A stretch of DNA of 63,077 bases, the filler included, from an uncultured bacterium (lineage in GTDB: Bacteria > Latescibacterota > UBA2968), in NCBI GenBank assembly GCA_964471275.1. It is 11 parts of 11 records of this genome, joined end to end, with 100 filler letters (N's around TTAATTAATTAA, not from the genome) between each part and the next. Parts side by side here need not be neighbours in the genome. Positions count along the whole stretch, not along the records: positions 46,386 to 51,899 come from CAYYGZ010000277.1; positions 52,000 to 57,489 come from CAYYGZ010000278.1; positions 57,590 to 63,077 come from CAYYGZ010000279.1; 8 more parts are not named here. One strand, written 5' to 3'. Positions 49,872 to 60,948 of the stretch are shown here, piece by piece. Position 1 is the first letter of the stretch, and every line of letters begins with the position of its first letter. The position numbers and the translations under genes are program-made. The notes beneath the pieces are model-generated. The model was not told the origin of the DNA. It did not search any database and saw only the letters and a program-made list of their open reading frames with translations.

Positions 49872-51899
49872 GTGGACAAAGCCAAGCCATACAACCAGAA
49901 GATCCTAGCAGGTGACGAGCCAAAGCGGACATTCTCAGGCAGGAATCTCTTGCAGATCGCCATGCCTCTGGGAGGGTTGGGTGCAGGGAGCATCTGCCTG
50001 AACGGTCAGGGCGGTCTTCAGGACTTCGCGATCCGCAACAAGCCGGCGACGTCCGGCGTGCCGGATGGGCACGGAACGGCCGATTCTGCATTTGCCCTGC
50101 TGCACATCAAGGGCAGGAATCCGGTCACAAAACTGATTGAAGGCCCCATGCCGGTCGAAAAGATCTACAACCTGGGAACAAAAGGTCAGGGGTTCAGACA
50201 GGGCGGTCACGAAGGTCTGCCCCGGTTTTCCAAATCCACATTCGACGGATCCTACCCATTCGGTAACGTCAAGCTGACCGACCCGAATGTTCCGCTTCAG
50301 GTCTCGATAACGGGATTCAACCCGTTCATCCCGCTGGATCAGGTCAACTCGGGTATCCCCTGTGCAATCCTTGAATACACGCTCAAGAACCGATCAAGGA
50401 ATCGCGTCGACTTCGATTTTTCGTATCACCTGTCGCACCTTGCTGACAGCTCCGGTCGAGGGAATTCAAAAACGACCCGGAACGATGTCATTCCGGGCGG
50501 CGTTCATCTGCACAACACTGAGCCGGAAGGTACGGAGCACTCCGGAAGCGCATCGCTATCCGTCGTCGGACACCGTCCGTCGGTCAAGGCGATGTGGTTC
50601 AGAGGCGGATGGTTCGACTCGGTATCCGCACTCTGGCGCGAAGTGTCGACGGGGTCATTCAAGCCCAACAAAGGTAAAGACGCACATAAATACTCTGGCA
50701 GGAACGGCGGCTCTGTCATGCTGGGTGGATCGTTAAAACCGGGGGAAACCGTGACCTACCCGATCGTCATCGCCTGGCACTTCCCGAATTGCCATTATGA
50801 TGCTCGCCGGGTCAACAACCGGGAAGCGGGTGGAGACACGTGCTGCGAAGAACCGATCTGGAAACCCTTCTATGCTTCCCGGTGGGACAACGCCGCCGAG
50901 GTCGCCGCACACGTAAGGAAGCACTATGGTTCGCTTCGGTCACGAACCCGGTCCTTCACCGATGCCCTTTTCAAGTCCTCCCTTCCCGCATACGTCCTGG
51001 ACGCGATATCCGCTAATCTGGCTATTCTGAAGTCACCGACGCTCCTCCTGCAGGACAGCGGAAACGCCTGGGGTTGGGAGGGCTGCTTCGTGAACAGCGG
51101 ATGCTGCGCTGGAACGTGTACGCACGTCTGGAACTACGCGCAGGCACTCCCCCATCTGTATCCAGACCTTGAGCGCACATTCCGAGAGACCGAACTGGAA
51201 AGGTCGATGGATCGTCGCGGTCATATGACATTCAGATCATCACTCCCTGACGGCGAGACCGATCATCAGTTCCACGCCGCATCCGATGGTCAGCTCGGTG
51301 GGATCATGAAGGTATATCGGGAATGGCAAATCAGCGGGGACGAGGCTTGGTTGAAGCGTATGTATCCGCTGGCAAAACGGAGTATCGACTACTGCATCCG
51401 CACGTGGGACCCGAAGGGCAAAGGGATCCTCGAAGAGCCGCACCACAACACATATGACATCGAGTTCTGGGGCCCCGATGGGATGTGCACGAGCATTTAC
51501 CTAGGTGCGCTCGCCGCTGCATGTGCCATGGGCGCTGCCCTTGGTAAGAATACACAGACCTATCGTCAGCTCTACGAATCAGGACGACAGTTCACAGAAG
51601 GCGAGCTTTTCAACGGCGAGTACTTCATCCAGCAGGTGCGTTGGCATGATCTCAAGGCAGCCGACCAGGCCACCGTAGATCGCAAGGGCGTTGATGGCGT
51701 ATACAGTGACGAAGCGATGCAACTGTTGGCAGACGAAGGTCCGAAGTATCAATACGGCCCGGGCTGTCTTTCCGACGGTGTCCTGGGCGCATTTATGGCG
51801 ATGGCGTGCGGATTGGGTGAGATCCTCGACACCAAGAAGGTGGCCAGTCACCTGGCGGCTGTGCATCGGCACAACTTCCGTCATGATCTTGTAGAGCAC
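49872..51899 (+). CDS. GH116 family glycoside hydrolase (non-lysosomal glucosylceramidase-like), 3' truncated
   Basis: MPLGGLGAG, PFIP, GWEGC...GCC.GTCTHVWNY, A.DGQ.G, HNTYDIE, YQYG.GCLSD. Confidence 0.92.
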
Positions 51900-52202
51900 N
51901 NNNNNNNNNNNNNNNNNNNNNNNNNNNNNNNNNNNNNNNNNNNTTAATTAATTAANNNNNNNNNNNNNNNNNNNNNNNNNNNNNNNNNNNNNNNNNNNNT
52001 GCTTCATGGTCACATTCCTTGGATGATTAGAGTGGGGTGTCGCTTCTTTGATGCGCTCATGACGGGTACCGCTAGCACTGTCGCACCGTGGCCAAGGGTA
52101 TGCGGAAATGGGCCCAGTGTCACCCTGGTAGTCGTGGGGTTGTACGCTGGTGCAAAGGATGGATACTGTTTGGTCTTAACTAGTCCTGGAGGAACCTGCG
52201 TC

Positions 52203-53473
52203 ATGACGAGTGCTTATTTTTCGGCCGAAGTCACCGAGTCATGTCTTGACCACATCGATCGATTTGATGGANNNNNNNNNNNNNNNCGGGTATGCCGGTG
52301 TCGGTGAAAGACTGTATCGATGTAGCGGGTGTGCCGTGCACCAACGGGTCACAGTTTTTCAAAAATTACTTTCCTAACGAAGATGCATCCATTGTGACCG
52401 CCTTGCGCGCCGCGGGCGCTGTGATTGTAGGTAAGACCAACCTGCATGAGTTTGCGTTCGGCTCCACCACACAGAATCCACATTTTGGGCCGACTCGGAA
52501 TCCCTGGAATCCAAACCATATCCCGAGTGGTTCTAGCGGTGGCGCGGGAGCGGCCGTGGCCGCGCGTATGTGTGTGGGGGCAGTCGGGTCTGATACCGGT
52601 GGTTCAGTCAGAACACCCGCCGCGCTCAACGGAGTCACCGGCCTTCGACCTTCATTGGGGTCGATCCCGATGAGCGGCAGCAAGACACAGATTTGTCCCG
52701 CGATTGATACGGTCGGTCCACTCGGTCTGTCCGTCGACATTGTGGCTCGCCTGTTTGCGGTAATGGCCTTCTATGACGACAGTGATGTCAACTCGGTCTG
52801 CCACACCTGGGATAACTATCTGGCGAGACTCGGGGACGGCGTGACAGATCTGACACTGGGATTGCCGGAAGCCTATTTCTTTGATGACCTAGGGCCTGGG
52901 GTAGGAGAGGCGGTAGAGGCGGGAGCTAGATTGCTTGAAAAAGCCGGTGCAAAACTGAAGCCGGTCCGGCTGGAGGCGGCTGAAACGGTTCATGCAGATG
53001 TGATGCCAATGGTTTGGGCAGACGCTTACCAGTATCATCGGGATCGCGTGGAAGGGGAGCCCGAGCGTTTTGGTCAGGATGTCCGGGATCGCCTCCGGTT
53101 AGGGCGAGATGTGTCGGGCCGTGATTATGCTGAGGCACTGCGTCACAAGGCCCGTTGGAATCGAACCGTTGATCGAGTTTTTAGCGAGGTTGATATCATT
53201 CTGACGCCAACTTCGCCTGTGACTGCACCGAGTCTGATTGACAGCCAGAATATGTTGGCAACCACGCATCATCTGACGCGCTTCACCTTTCCTTTTTCAT
53301 GGGCCTGTCTACCGGGTTTGTCCGTTCCCTGCGGGTTTTCATTCGAGGGGCTTCCGATTGGCATGCTATTCAACGGTAGGCCTTTTGAAGAGGGGGTTTT
53401 GTTCAGGGCGGGGTATGCTTACCAATCAGAAACCGACTGGCATTGCAAAACCCCTCCTCTTTTGGCGAGCTAA
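52203..53473 (+). CDS. Amidase signature family protein (contains N-gap; N-terminus uncertain)
   Basis: VKD, GKTNLHEFA.G, NPW, SGSSGG, GSDTGGSVR.PA..NG. Confidence 0.88.
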
Positions 53474-53574
53474 GCGTTAGTTGGCGGGCGGTGAGGTCGG
53501 TGTATAAGGGGGCCTCTAGTGGGTTACAGGATTTTGTAACTCAACGGACTATTAAAGGAGGGTAAACGAGCATC

Positions 53575-54351
53575 ATGTACGAAAATCTGTTTAGTCTTGA
53601 TGGCCGCGTGGCATTGATCACCGGAGCAAGCCGTGGCATTGGGCGAGCGGTTGCCAGAGGGTTAGCCGAAGCGGGTGCTGATGTAGTGATGACAGCGCGG
53701 AGCGAAAAGGATTTGGAGTTAGCCGCGGATGAAATCCGTGGGGCCGTCACGGGGCGGGTTGAATATTACCCAGTGGATATGTCGAATCGAACCGACGTGG
53801 ATAAATTGGCGAAGGCGGTGCTGCGTGATTTTGGTGCAGTGGATGTTTTGATTAACAACGCCGGCGCCAATCACCCTCAGACACTGGTGGAGACAACCGA
53901 CACCAATTGGGACGCAATGATCGAATTAAATCTCACTAGCCAAATGCGTTTGACAAGAGCGCTGGCGCCACAGATGGTGGCCAGAGGGTGGGGTCGAGTG
54001 ATTTACACCTCGAGCATCATGGCTTTTGCCTCCAACCATGCCCGGGGCATTTATTCCGCCACCAAGGCGGGCCTGGTCGGCATGATGCGCGCCCAAACGT
54101 TGGAGCTCGGGCCCGCTGGCGTGACCGTTAACTGTTTAGCGCCCGGGCCAGTCCTTACTGACATGCCGATGAGCCTGCTCAACGAACAGGAAAAGCAACA
54201 GTTTTCGGATTCCACCGCACTCAAGCGATGGGGCCAGGTTGCCGATATGGTGGGGCCGGTCGTGATGCTTGCCAGCGAGGCTGGCGCATTTATCAGCGGC
54301 GAAGTGATTATCGCCGATGGCGGTTTGTTATGCCGCACCTTCGGGGATTGA
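53575..54351 (+). CDS. Short-chain dehydrogenase/reductase (gluconate 5-dehydrogenase-like)
   Basis: TGASRGIG, NNAG, YSATK, VNCLAPG. Confidence 0.92.
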   Translation: MYENLFSLDGRVALITGASRGIGRAVARGLAEAGADVVMTARSEKDLELAADEIRGAVTGRVEYYPVDMSNRTDVDKLAKAVLRDFGAVDVLINNAGANHPQTLVETTDTNWDAMIELNLTSQMRLTRALAPQMVARGWGRVIYTSSIMAFASNHARGIYSATKAGLVGMMRAQTLELGPAGVTVNCLAPGPVLTDMPMSLLNEQEKQQFSDSTALKRWGQVADMVGPVVMLASEAGAFISGEVIIADGGLLCRTFGD

Positions 54352-54391
54352 TCAGATTCACTGGTAGGGCGGGACGCATGATTCAAGTGCA

Positions 54392-55357
54392 TTAACTACT
54401 GGCGCTGAGTCGGCCGTCGCCAACCGCACGCTGAAAATGCACGATCGTTTCTCGAATGCCATCTGCAAGCGAAGTGTCTGGGACATCACCCAATAAAGCA
54501 CGCAGCTCTTCGTCCGTTTGGCCATCGGGAAACGGCAGTGGTGTTTCTTCGTGGGTCACGACCGCCTCGGGGATAACGGCCTTGATCGTTTCAACGGCTT
54601 CGCTCATGTGGGCTACCGCGCCACCGATATTAAAGACCTCAGACCCTTTGAAGGCAATTTGCGAGGCTTGGATGAATAGTTTGGCGACGTCGCTGACGTA
54701 GTGAAAGCCGGTGTAGCCACCGAAGCTGATGTGGTATGGCTCACCGCGAACCGCTGCCAGCATGGCTTGGGTGGGCGTTGAAGTGATACCTTGATCGCGA
54801 CCGGGGCCGTAGACGGTGTAGGGGCGAAGCCCAATGCTCCCAATGCCATCATCTTGCCAGTAAATACGGGCCGTGCCCTCGTTGGCTTGCTTGAAGACAC
54901 CGTAATGATTGACCGGATCCAGGCGTGAATCGTGATCCATCAATCGTTCTTCGTAGGTGTTTTTCTTGCCGTATACGCCGGCCGTACTGGCAAAGACGAG
55001 ATGGTTGATGCCCGCGGCTTTGGCGGCCTCAAACATGTTCACAGTGCCTACCACGTTGACGGCCGCACCGAGCGGCGGATCAGCCTTGCAGAAGGGCACC
55101 TGCAGCGCGGCTAAATGGATGATATGGCTGGCGCCGGAATCTATCAGTGCAGATTTGACAGCTTCGGTGTGAGTAATATCACCACGCACGAAATCCACCT
55201 TGTCGAGCGCTTCGGCGGGCATGACGAGTTCAAGCCGGTGCCGGTTGTCGCTGAGATCGAAAACCGTCACAGGCATTTCCTCCCGAACCAGGGTCCGCAC
55301 AACCCACGCGCCGATACATCCCATAGCGCCAGTCACAAAATAACGATTGTTTGACAT
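54392..55357 (-). CDS. NAD-dependent epimerase/dehydratase
   Basis: TGAMGCIG, HLAA, ST, YGVFK, RP.TVYGPG. Confidence 0.92.
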   Translation of the reverse strand: MSNNRYFVTGAMGCIGAWVVRTLVREEMPVTVFDLSDNRHRLELVMPAEALDKVDFVRGDITHTEAVKSALIDSGASHIIHLAALQVPFCKADPPLGAAVNVVGTVNMFEAAKAAGINHLVFASTAGVYGKKNTYEERLMDHDSRLDPVNHYGVFKQANEGTARIYWQDDGIGSIGLRPYTVYGPGRDQGITSTPTQAMLAAVRGEPYHISFGGYTGFHYVSDVAKLFIQASQIAFKGSEVFNIGGAVAHMSEAVETIKAVIPEAVVTHEETPLPFPDGQTDEELRALLGDVPDTSLADGIRETIVHFQRAVGDGRLSASS

Positions 55358-55408
55358 TTCATTCCTTTCGATTGGTTCAAAGATGACTGGTGGGAACGAT
55401 CCCAGGAC

Positions 55409-56251
55409 TTAGGCATCAACTATTCGCTGCGCTTGAACGCCTAGCCCTTCGACGCCAACCCGCATGGTATCTCCTGCCCGGAGGAAAACCTGAGGCTTCA
55501 TTCCCATGCCAACGCCAGGCGGGGTTCCGGTGGCAATGACATCGCCTGGTTGAAGACTCATGCATTCGCTCAAGTAAGCGATGATCTTGCTAACAGGGAA
55601 AATCATCGTGTTGGTGTTGCCATCCTGATGCCGCGTGCCGTTCACATCTAGCCACAAACCCAGAGATTGTGGGTCACCGACCTCATCGGGTGTCACTAGC
55701 CACGGTCCAATCGGTCCGTAAGTGTCACCTGATTTCCCCTTTGACCAATTGCCCTGGCGCTCTATTTGCCACTCACGTTCGGAAACATCGGTGACGATGC
55801 AATACCCTGCCACGTGATCGAGCGCTTGTGCTTCGGTGACATATTTGGTTTCACGGCCAATAACAAAGCCCAGTTCAACTTCCCAATCGGTCTTGACCGA
55901 GCCACGGATGAGTTCGATGTCATCGTCTGGTCCATTGATTGAACTGGTCGCTTTCATAAATACGATGGGTTCACTGGGAATCGGTGATCCGGTTTCCTTG
56001 GCATGATCGCTGTAATTGAGCCCAATACACACCAACTTACCCACGTTACCGATGCACGGGCCTATGCGAGGAGTGCCTTCCACCGGTGGCAGGGTGTCGG
56101 TATCCAGTGCTGACAGGCGTGCCATCGTGCTGGGGTCCACCGTGTCACCCGTGAGATCGGGAATAATGCTCGAAAGGTCGCGGATTTGGTTATTCGCATC
56201 TAACAGGCCAGGTTTCTCAGCGCCTTTAGGTCCATAACGGAGTAGCTTCAT
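55409..56251 (-). CDS. Fumarylacetoacetate hydrolase family protein
   Basis: MKLLRYG..G.EKPG, CIGLNY.DHA.E, DWEVEL, DVSER, TGTPPGVG. Confidence 0.95.
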   Translation of the reverse strand: MKLLRYGPKGAEKPGLLDANNQIRDLSSIIPDLTGDTVDPSTMARLSALDTDTLPPVEGTPRIGPCIGNVGKLVCIGLNYSDHAKETGSPIPSEPIVFMKATSSINGPDDDIELIRGSVKTDWEVELGFVIGRETKYVTEAQALDHVAGYCIVTDVSEREWQIERQGNWSKGKSGDTYGPIGPWLVTPDEVGDPQSLGLWLDVNGTRHQDGNTNTMIFPVSKIIAYLSECMSLQPGDVIATGTPPGVGMGMKPQVFLRAGDTMRVGVEGLGVQAQRIVDA

Positions 56252-56313
56252 CGGGTGTCATCCTTATAGGTCATATCAAAATAGGTCATATTTAGATTTG
56301 TTCTTGTTTGCGG

Positions 56314-56685
56314 TTAGAACTTGCCATATTCCAGGTACGCGGCTTCCGGGTCCATGCCCCCGACAATGGCCTCGCGCATATCGCTCTCGGTGTTCATCAC
56401 TTTCATTGTCTCCCGGACGGCCTCAGCCGCGATCGCTTTGGGAATCCCCGCAGCGACATCCTCTTCGTCGTAAAGCACCTGCCGCTGCAGGTTGTTGAGT
56501 TCCAGAAAGTCGCGATCAACAATTCGCAAGCGTCCTACACCCGCTCGGGAAAGTGTGTTGGCGATCACCGAGCCAAGTGCACCGCAGCCACAGACAAGTG
56601 CCGACGATTTCGATAGTTGCAGTTGCCCCTCTTCGCCCAGGGGACGATAGCGGCTTTGTCGTTCGTAGCGTTGTAGATCGGTCAT
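56314..56685 (-). CDS. Chimeric ORF: ThiF/MoeB adenylyltransferase N-terminus fused to an RraA-family-like C-terminus (probable misassembly)
   Basis: RY.RQ..., GCGALGS, VDRD..E..NLQRQ.LY then an abrupt switch to ...ESDMREAI..GMDP..AYLEYGKF. Confidence 0.65.
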   Translation of the reverse strand: MTDLQRYERQSRYRPLGEEGQLQLSKSSALVCGCGALGSVIANTLSRAGVGRLRIVDRDFLELNNLQRQVLYDEEDVAAGIPKAIAAEAVRETMKVMNTESDMREAIVGGMDPEAAYLEYGKF

Positions 56686-56697
56686 GTCGTCAAATTC

Positions 56698-57489
56698 TCA
56701 AACAAAGTATCCGGCTAAATCGGCAACGGGAGCTAGGTCGCGCTGCAAGGTGTCGCTAGCGCGGCGTGCTGTTTCGATCGATGCATGTGCCTCGGTCTTG
56801 CCAATGGCAATCACTGGACCGTCGAAACTCGCGGCTGCAACTGCAACGTCGTCTTGACCCACAACTAGGGCCGTCGCCCAAGGCTTGATAGGCTCATCTG
56901 GCTGCCAAAGTTGAAAGAAGAGCAAATTGGGAACGGCTCGAACGATCTCATCGGTGATTGGCAACTTTGTCTCCACAACCACCGCCATCACAGCCGCGTG
57001 GCGCGATAGACGCTGCGTCTCTCTCTTCAGTGTTTCTTCGTCTTCTGAAAGTAGTTTCGCCAAGACCCACACCCCTTGCTGCGAGGCGGTCTGGCAAATT
57101 TCGTCGTCAGCGTTATCCGTCAGCATCACCGCCGTCTCGTAGTACCACTGATCGATCGACGTCTCGGGTACTCGGCTGGCATCAGCGCCGCGAAGCACAA
57201 CACGTCGCCCATCGACGTACAGACTGGGGCCCTTCGCTCCGATGGCGCGAAATCCAAACTGCTGTTCGACGGTGGCAACGCACTGCTCCCCATCGCAAAG
57301 CTGCAACTCCGCCTGATACAGCGCCGGCAGATCGGGCGACCAGGGACAGGGATCGGTCACGAGCGCTCCCGACAGCAAATCGTCACCTGGGCCGAGATCG
57401 ACAAATTCGAATTCGCTGGAGAGTGTCTTTGAACGCTGGCAATATGGTCCATGGATACGGCCGCGCAATTGCTGCTGCCCGCTGGCTGC
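56698..57489 (-). CDS. Hypothetical protein with GH2-like Ig/TIM remnant (5' truncated)
   Basis: PWSPD.PALY...L, FGFR.I...G..L.VDGR.V.LRG resembles the GH2 domain junction; catalytic motifs not evident. Confidence 0.6.
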   Translation of the reverse strand, partial: AASGQQQLRGRIHGPYCQRSKTLSSEFEFVDLGPGDDLLSGALVTDPCPWSPDLPALYQAELQLCDGEQCVATVEQQFGFRAIGAKGPSLYVDGRRVVLRGADASRVPETSIDQWYYETAVMLTDNADDEICQTASQQGVWVLAKLLSEDEETLKRETQRLSRHAAVMAVVVETKLPITDEIVRAVPNLLFFQLWQPDEPIKPWATALVVGQDDVAVAAASFDGPVIAIGKTEAHASIETARRASDTLQRDLAPVADLAGYFV

Positions 57490-57589
57490 NNNNNNNNNNN
57501 NNNNNNNNNNNNNNNNNNNNNNNNNNNNNNNNNTTAATTAATTAANNNNNNNNNNNNNNNNNNNNNNNNNNNNNNNNNNNNNNNNNNNN

Positions 57590-58140
57590 CCAATGACATT
57601 ACCTTCCAGGCATTCGGTTGGCGAGTGCTTGCGATCGATGATGATCCGCTGTTCCTGGAGGTCGTTCAGGTTCGCCTAGAGCGTACCGGGTGTACGGTTG
57701 AGGTTGCGGTCCGGCCCACGTGCTGGGCTGAACCAGGCGATTGAGGGTAGATTCGATCTGGTTCTGCTTGACCTGATGATACCGGAGATGGCCGGTGAGG
57801 AGATACTGAGCCTGCTCAAGCCGCTCACTCTCAAGCAGCGCGTGGTTGTCGTGAGCGGGAGTGACGAGAACGAAGCCCGTGCAAGGACACGCGATCTCGG
57901 TGCAGCCGGGTATATACAGAAACCCGTGAACACGCGTCAGCTCACAACACTCCTCGCCGATCTGTTGCGGGATCCACTTCCGGAGACCTTGGTAGATGAA
58001 CCGAAGCCCGAGCGTTTGTTGATCGATCACCTTGTTGCGTTCATCTTCGGGAATGCTCCCCCACTCTCGCGTTGCAATGGCGAGCGGTCGTAATTCTAAT
58101 CGGGCTGACGACGGTCGTAGGATTGCTGGTATTGAGATAG
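57590..58140 (+). pseudogene. Response-regulator receiver protein with C-terminal TM, apparently with two frameshifts (about 57708 and 58060)
   Basis: RVLAIDDD in one frame, DLVLLDLMIP...SG...YIQKP in a second, and PTLALQWRAVVILIGLTTVVGLLVLR* in a third. Confidence 0.65.
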
Positions 58141-58249
58141 CGACACCGCGCTTGGTATAATCGACTTTGGCTCAGACGAGTCAACGTGAGCAGGACGCCG
58201 GATGCGGGGCATCCGGCGTTTCTATTATGAGTTGGAGGTGTTGGGAAGT

Positions 58250-59557
58250 ATGGAGAATTCTGTCTGTAAGTTTGGCGGGTCATCGCTCGCCAATGTAACT
58301 CAAATCCGCAAGGCCATCGAAATCATCGAATCCTCTTCCGCGCGCAGGTACATCGTACCGTCGGCGCCTGGGAAGCGCGATTCGGACGACACGAAGATCA
58401 CGGATCTGCTGTATCTGTGTTACGAGCTCGCAAAGCAACACGTGGACATATCCGAGCCGTTCAGCCACATAGAGAAGCGGTTCCATGATATCTGTCGTGG
58501 GTTGGGTCTCGATCTGGATATCACGGGCCTCCTGGTCAGGTTGCGGACAGACATCGAGCAAGGCGCGAGCATCGACTTTGTTGCATCCAGAGGCGAGCAC
58601 CTGAGTGGCAGAGTCCTGGCGGCAGCGCTGGGAGCGACGTTTATCGAGCCGGCCGAGGTGATCAAGTTCTCGGCTTCCGGCAGCCTCGATCACGGCACCT
58701 ACGCGTTGATAGCCGACAGGCTCTCCGGGGAAGGCAGATTTGTGGTGCCAGGCTTCTACGGGGCCTCACCAGATGGCGAGGTAAGAACGTTCTCGCGTGG
58801 CGGATCGGATATCACTGGAGCAATCGTAGCCAAGGCCGTTTCTGCGTCGGTCTACGAGAACTGGACAGATGTCTCTGGCATGCTGATGGCGGATCCCCGG
58901 ATCGTACCAGATGCCAAACCCGTCCGTGAAATCACCTACCGAGAAATCCGGGAACTGGCATACATGGGCGCCAGCATCTTTCACGATGAAGCCATGTTTC
59001 CGGTGCGGGACGCCGGTATTCCGGTGAACATCCGGAACACGAACGAGCCGATGGAGCCCGGCACGATGATCCTGCCCGAGCGGGAACTGACGGATCACTT
59101 GCTCGTCGGTGTTGCGGGCCGTCCGAACTTTTCTATGCTGTTCATTGAGAAAGCGCTGATGAACCAGACAAGAGGCTTTGGGCGCAGTGTATTAGACGTC
59201 ATTGCTCAGAACGACATCAGCTATGAGCACTCTCCCAGCGGCATCGACACGATGTCTGTAATTATCAGCGACGACGAACTCGGTGACAAGGGAGAGGTTC
59301 TGGTTCGGGAGCTCGAACAGGTTCTGAACCCGGACCGCGTGGCTCTGCTGCCCGGTCTCGCGCTAATCGCGACGGTGGGTGAAGGCATGTCTCACCGGAT
59401 CGGTATCGCCGCTCGTCTTTTCACTGCTCTTGCAGAGGCCAAGGTCAGCGTGCGCGTCATTGATCAGGGCGCATCGGAAATCAACATCATCGTCGGAGTC
59501 GAGGAACAAGACTTCGAACGTGCCGTCCAGGCGATCTATAGAGCTTTCGAGAACTAG
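58250..59557 (+). CDS. lysC: Aspartate kinase
   Basis: KFGGSS, SAPG, SRGE, TFSRGGSD.TG, WTDV.G...ADPR, two C-terminal ACT domains. Confidence 0.95.
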   Translation: MENSVCKFGGSSLANVTQIRKAIEIIESSSARRYIVPSAPGKRDSDDTKITDLLYLCYELAKQHVDISEPFSHIEKRFHDICRGLGLDLDITGLLVRLRTDIEQGASIDFVASRGEHLSGRVLAAALGATFIEPAEVIKFSASGSLDHGTYALIADRLSGEGRFVVPGFYGASPDGEVRTFSRGGSDITGAIVAKAVSASVYENWTDVSGMLMADPRIVPDAKPVREITYREIRELAYMGASIFHDEAMFPVRDAGIPVNIRNTNEPMEPGTMILPERELTDHLLVGVAGRPNFSMLFIEKALMNQTRGFGRSVLDVIAQNDISYEHSPSGIDTMSVIISDDELGDKGEVLVRELEQVLNPDRVALLPGLALIATVGEGMSHRIGIAARLFTALAEAKVSVRVIDQGASEINIIVGVEEQDFERAVQAIYRAFEN

Positions 59558-59566
59558 GATGATCGG

Positions 59567-60943
59567 ATGAAGCGAATCGGGATTCTGACTGCAGGCGGGG
59601 ATACACCCGCGCTCAATGCGACGTTGCACGGGGCCGTCGCACGGGCGAACCAGCTGCGAGTCGAAGTCTTCGGGCTGATCAAGGGGTTCAGCAGCCTGCA
59701 TAATCCTCGCGTGCCGCACCTGCACCTGAATCCGCTGTTCCGCGAGATCCCGGAACTGGACGCAACCCAAGGCGGCACGATCATCGGCGCGTCACGCGAT
59801 TACGTCGACCCAGATGATCACGAGCATCTGGACCAGATTGTACAGCGTCTAAAACGCCTGCAGATTGATGGACTGATCTGCATTGGGGGCGATGGCACGT
59901 TGAACGGACTACAGCCGATCGCAGAACAGATACCGGCAGTGCTCGCGCCAAAGACGATCGACAATGATCTGGGACTCAACTACGTGAGTGAGGCCCAGGA
60001 GTGGATCCGACGTGAAGGTGAGGACGGAGAGGCCACCTACGCCCGATCGCGGACCCGCACAGGTTTTGATCTTGAGTATATGGTCAACTATGTGACCCCT
60101 GGCTATGCAACGGCCGTCTTCGACGCCGCAATGGGGATTAATCGTATCCGGACGACCGCCGAGAGCCATCGTCGGATCGCGATCGTCGAGGTGATGGGAC
60201 GGGATTCGGGCTACATTGCCCTGGGCGTGTCGTACGGTCAGCCGGATCTTATCTTGATCCCGGAATCTCCGGTCAACACCGCTCTGCTGATCGAGCAGGT
60301 CAAGGAGTTATACGAGCTGCAGAAGAACGTTGTGATCGTTTGCGGTGAAGGCATAGTCGACGAGACGGGACAGCAGCTTGGCGCGCATCAGGAGTCGACC
60401 GATCCGTCGGGGAACGTCCTGCTGTCGGGAGCATCTGAGGCACTACGCCGGATTCTGATCGAGCGCATCGGGGATGGTTACTTCACCAGCAAGCGCAGGG
60501 GAGAGTCCGCGGATGCCGCGATCTTCACACGAAAAGTCGGACATTCACAGCGCGGCGGACGGCCGATCCTGTTCGACCGTTTTCATGCGGCTCAACTCGG
60601 TGGCAAGGCGATGGACATGCTTCTGGAGGGTCAGAACAACGCGATTGCCACATTGAATTGGAATCGCGACGACGGCTTCAATGTCGACAGTCTGGATGCC
60701 AACATGCTGCGAGACCAGTGGGGCCATATTCATCCACGGTTGGTGCATCCCAGCTTCTATAACGAAGAGCGAATGCGAACGTCCCGGATGGGTGTGGAGT
60801 ATCTCCTTCAGATCTTCACGCGAGCTATTGGCCACGACGATCTGGAGAATATCAGTCGTTCACTGTTTGATTCTGGCAATCTCTTCAGGCCGTATCATTC
60901 GCCCAACGCGGACATCGAACGCCGTATCCGCTTTCTGGAATAG
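59567..60943 (+). CDS. 6-phosphofructokinase (PfkA family, long form)
   Basis: ILTAGGD.PA.N, GGT, IGGDGT, PKTIDND, TAESH.R..IVEVMGR.SG, GH.QRGG. Confidence 0.9.
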   Translation: MKRIGILTAGGDTPALNATLHGAVARANQLRVEVFGLIKGFSSLHNPRVPHLHLNPLFREIPELDATQGGTIIGASRDYVDPDDHEHLDQIVQRLKRLQIDGLICIGGDGTLNGLQPIAEQIPAVLAPKTIDNDLGLNYVSEAQEWIRREGEDGEATYARSRTRTGFDLEYMVNYVTPGYATAVFDAAMGINRIRTTAESHRRIAIVEVMGRDSGYIALGVSYGQPDLILIPESPVNTALLIEQVKELYELQKNVVIVCGEGIVDETGQQLGAHQESTDPSGNVLLSGASEALRRILIERIGDGYFTSKRRGESADAAIFTRKVGHSQRGGRPILFDRFHAAQLGGKAMDMLLEGQNNAIATLNWNRDDGFNVDSLDANMLRDQWGHIHPRLVHPSFYNEERMRTSRMGVEYLLQIFTRAIGHDDLENISRSLFDSGNLFRPYHSPNADIERRIRFLE

Positions 60944-60948
60944 TCAGA

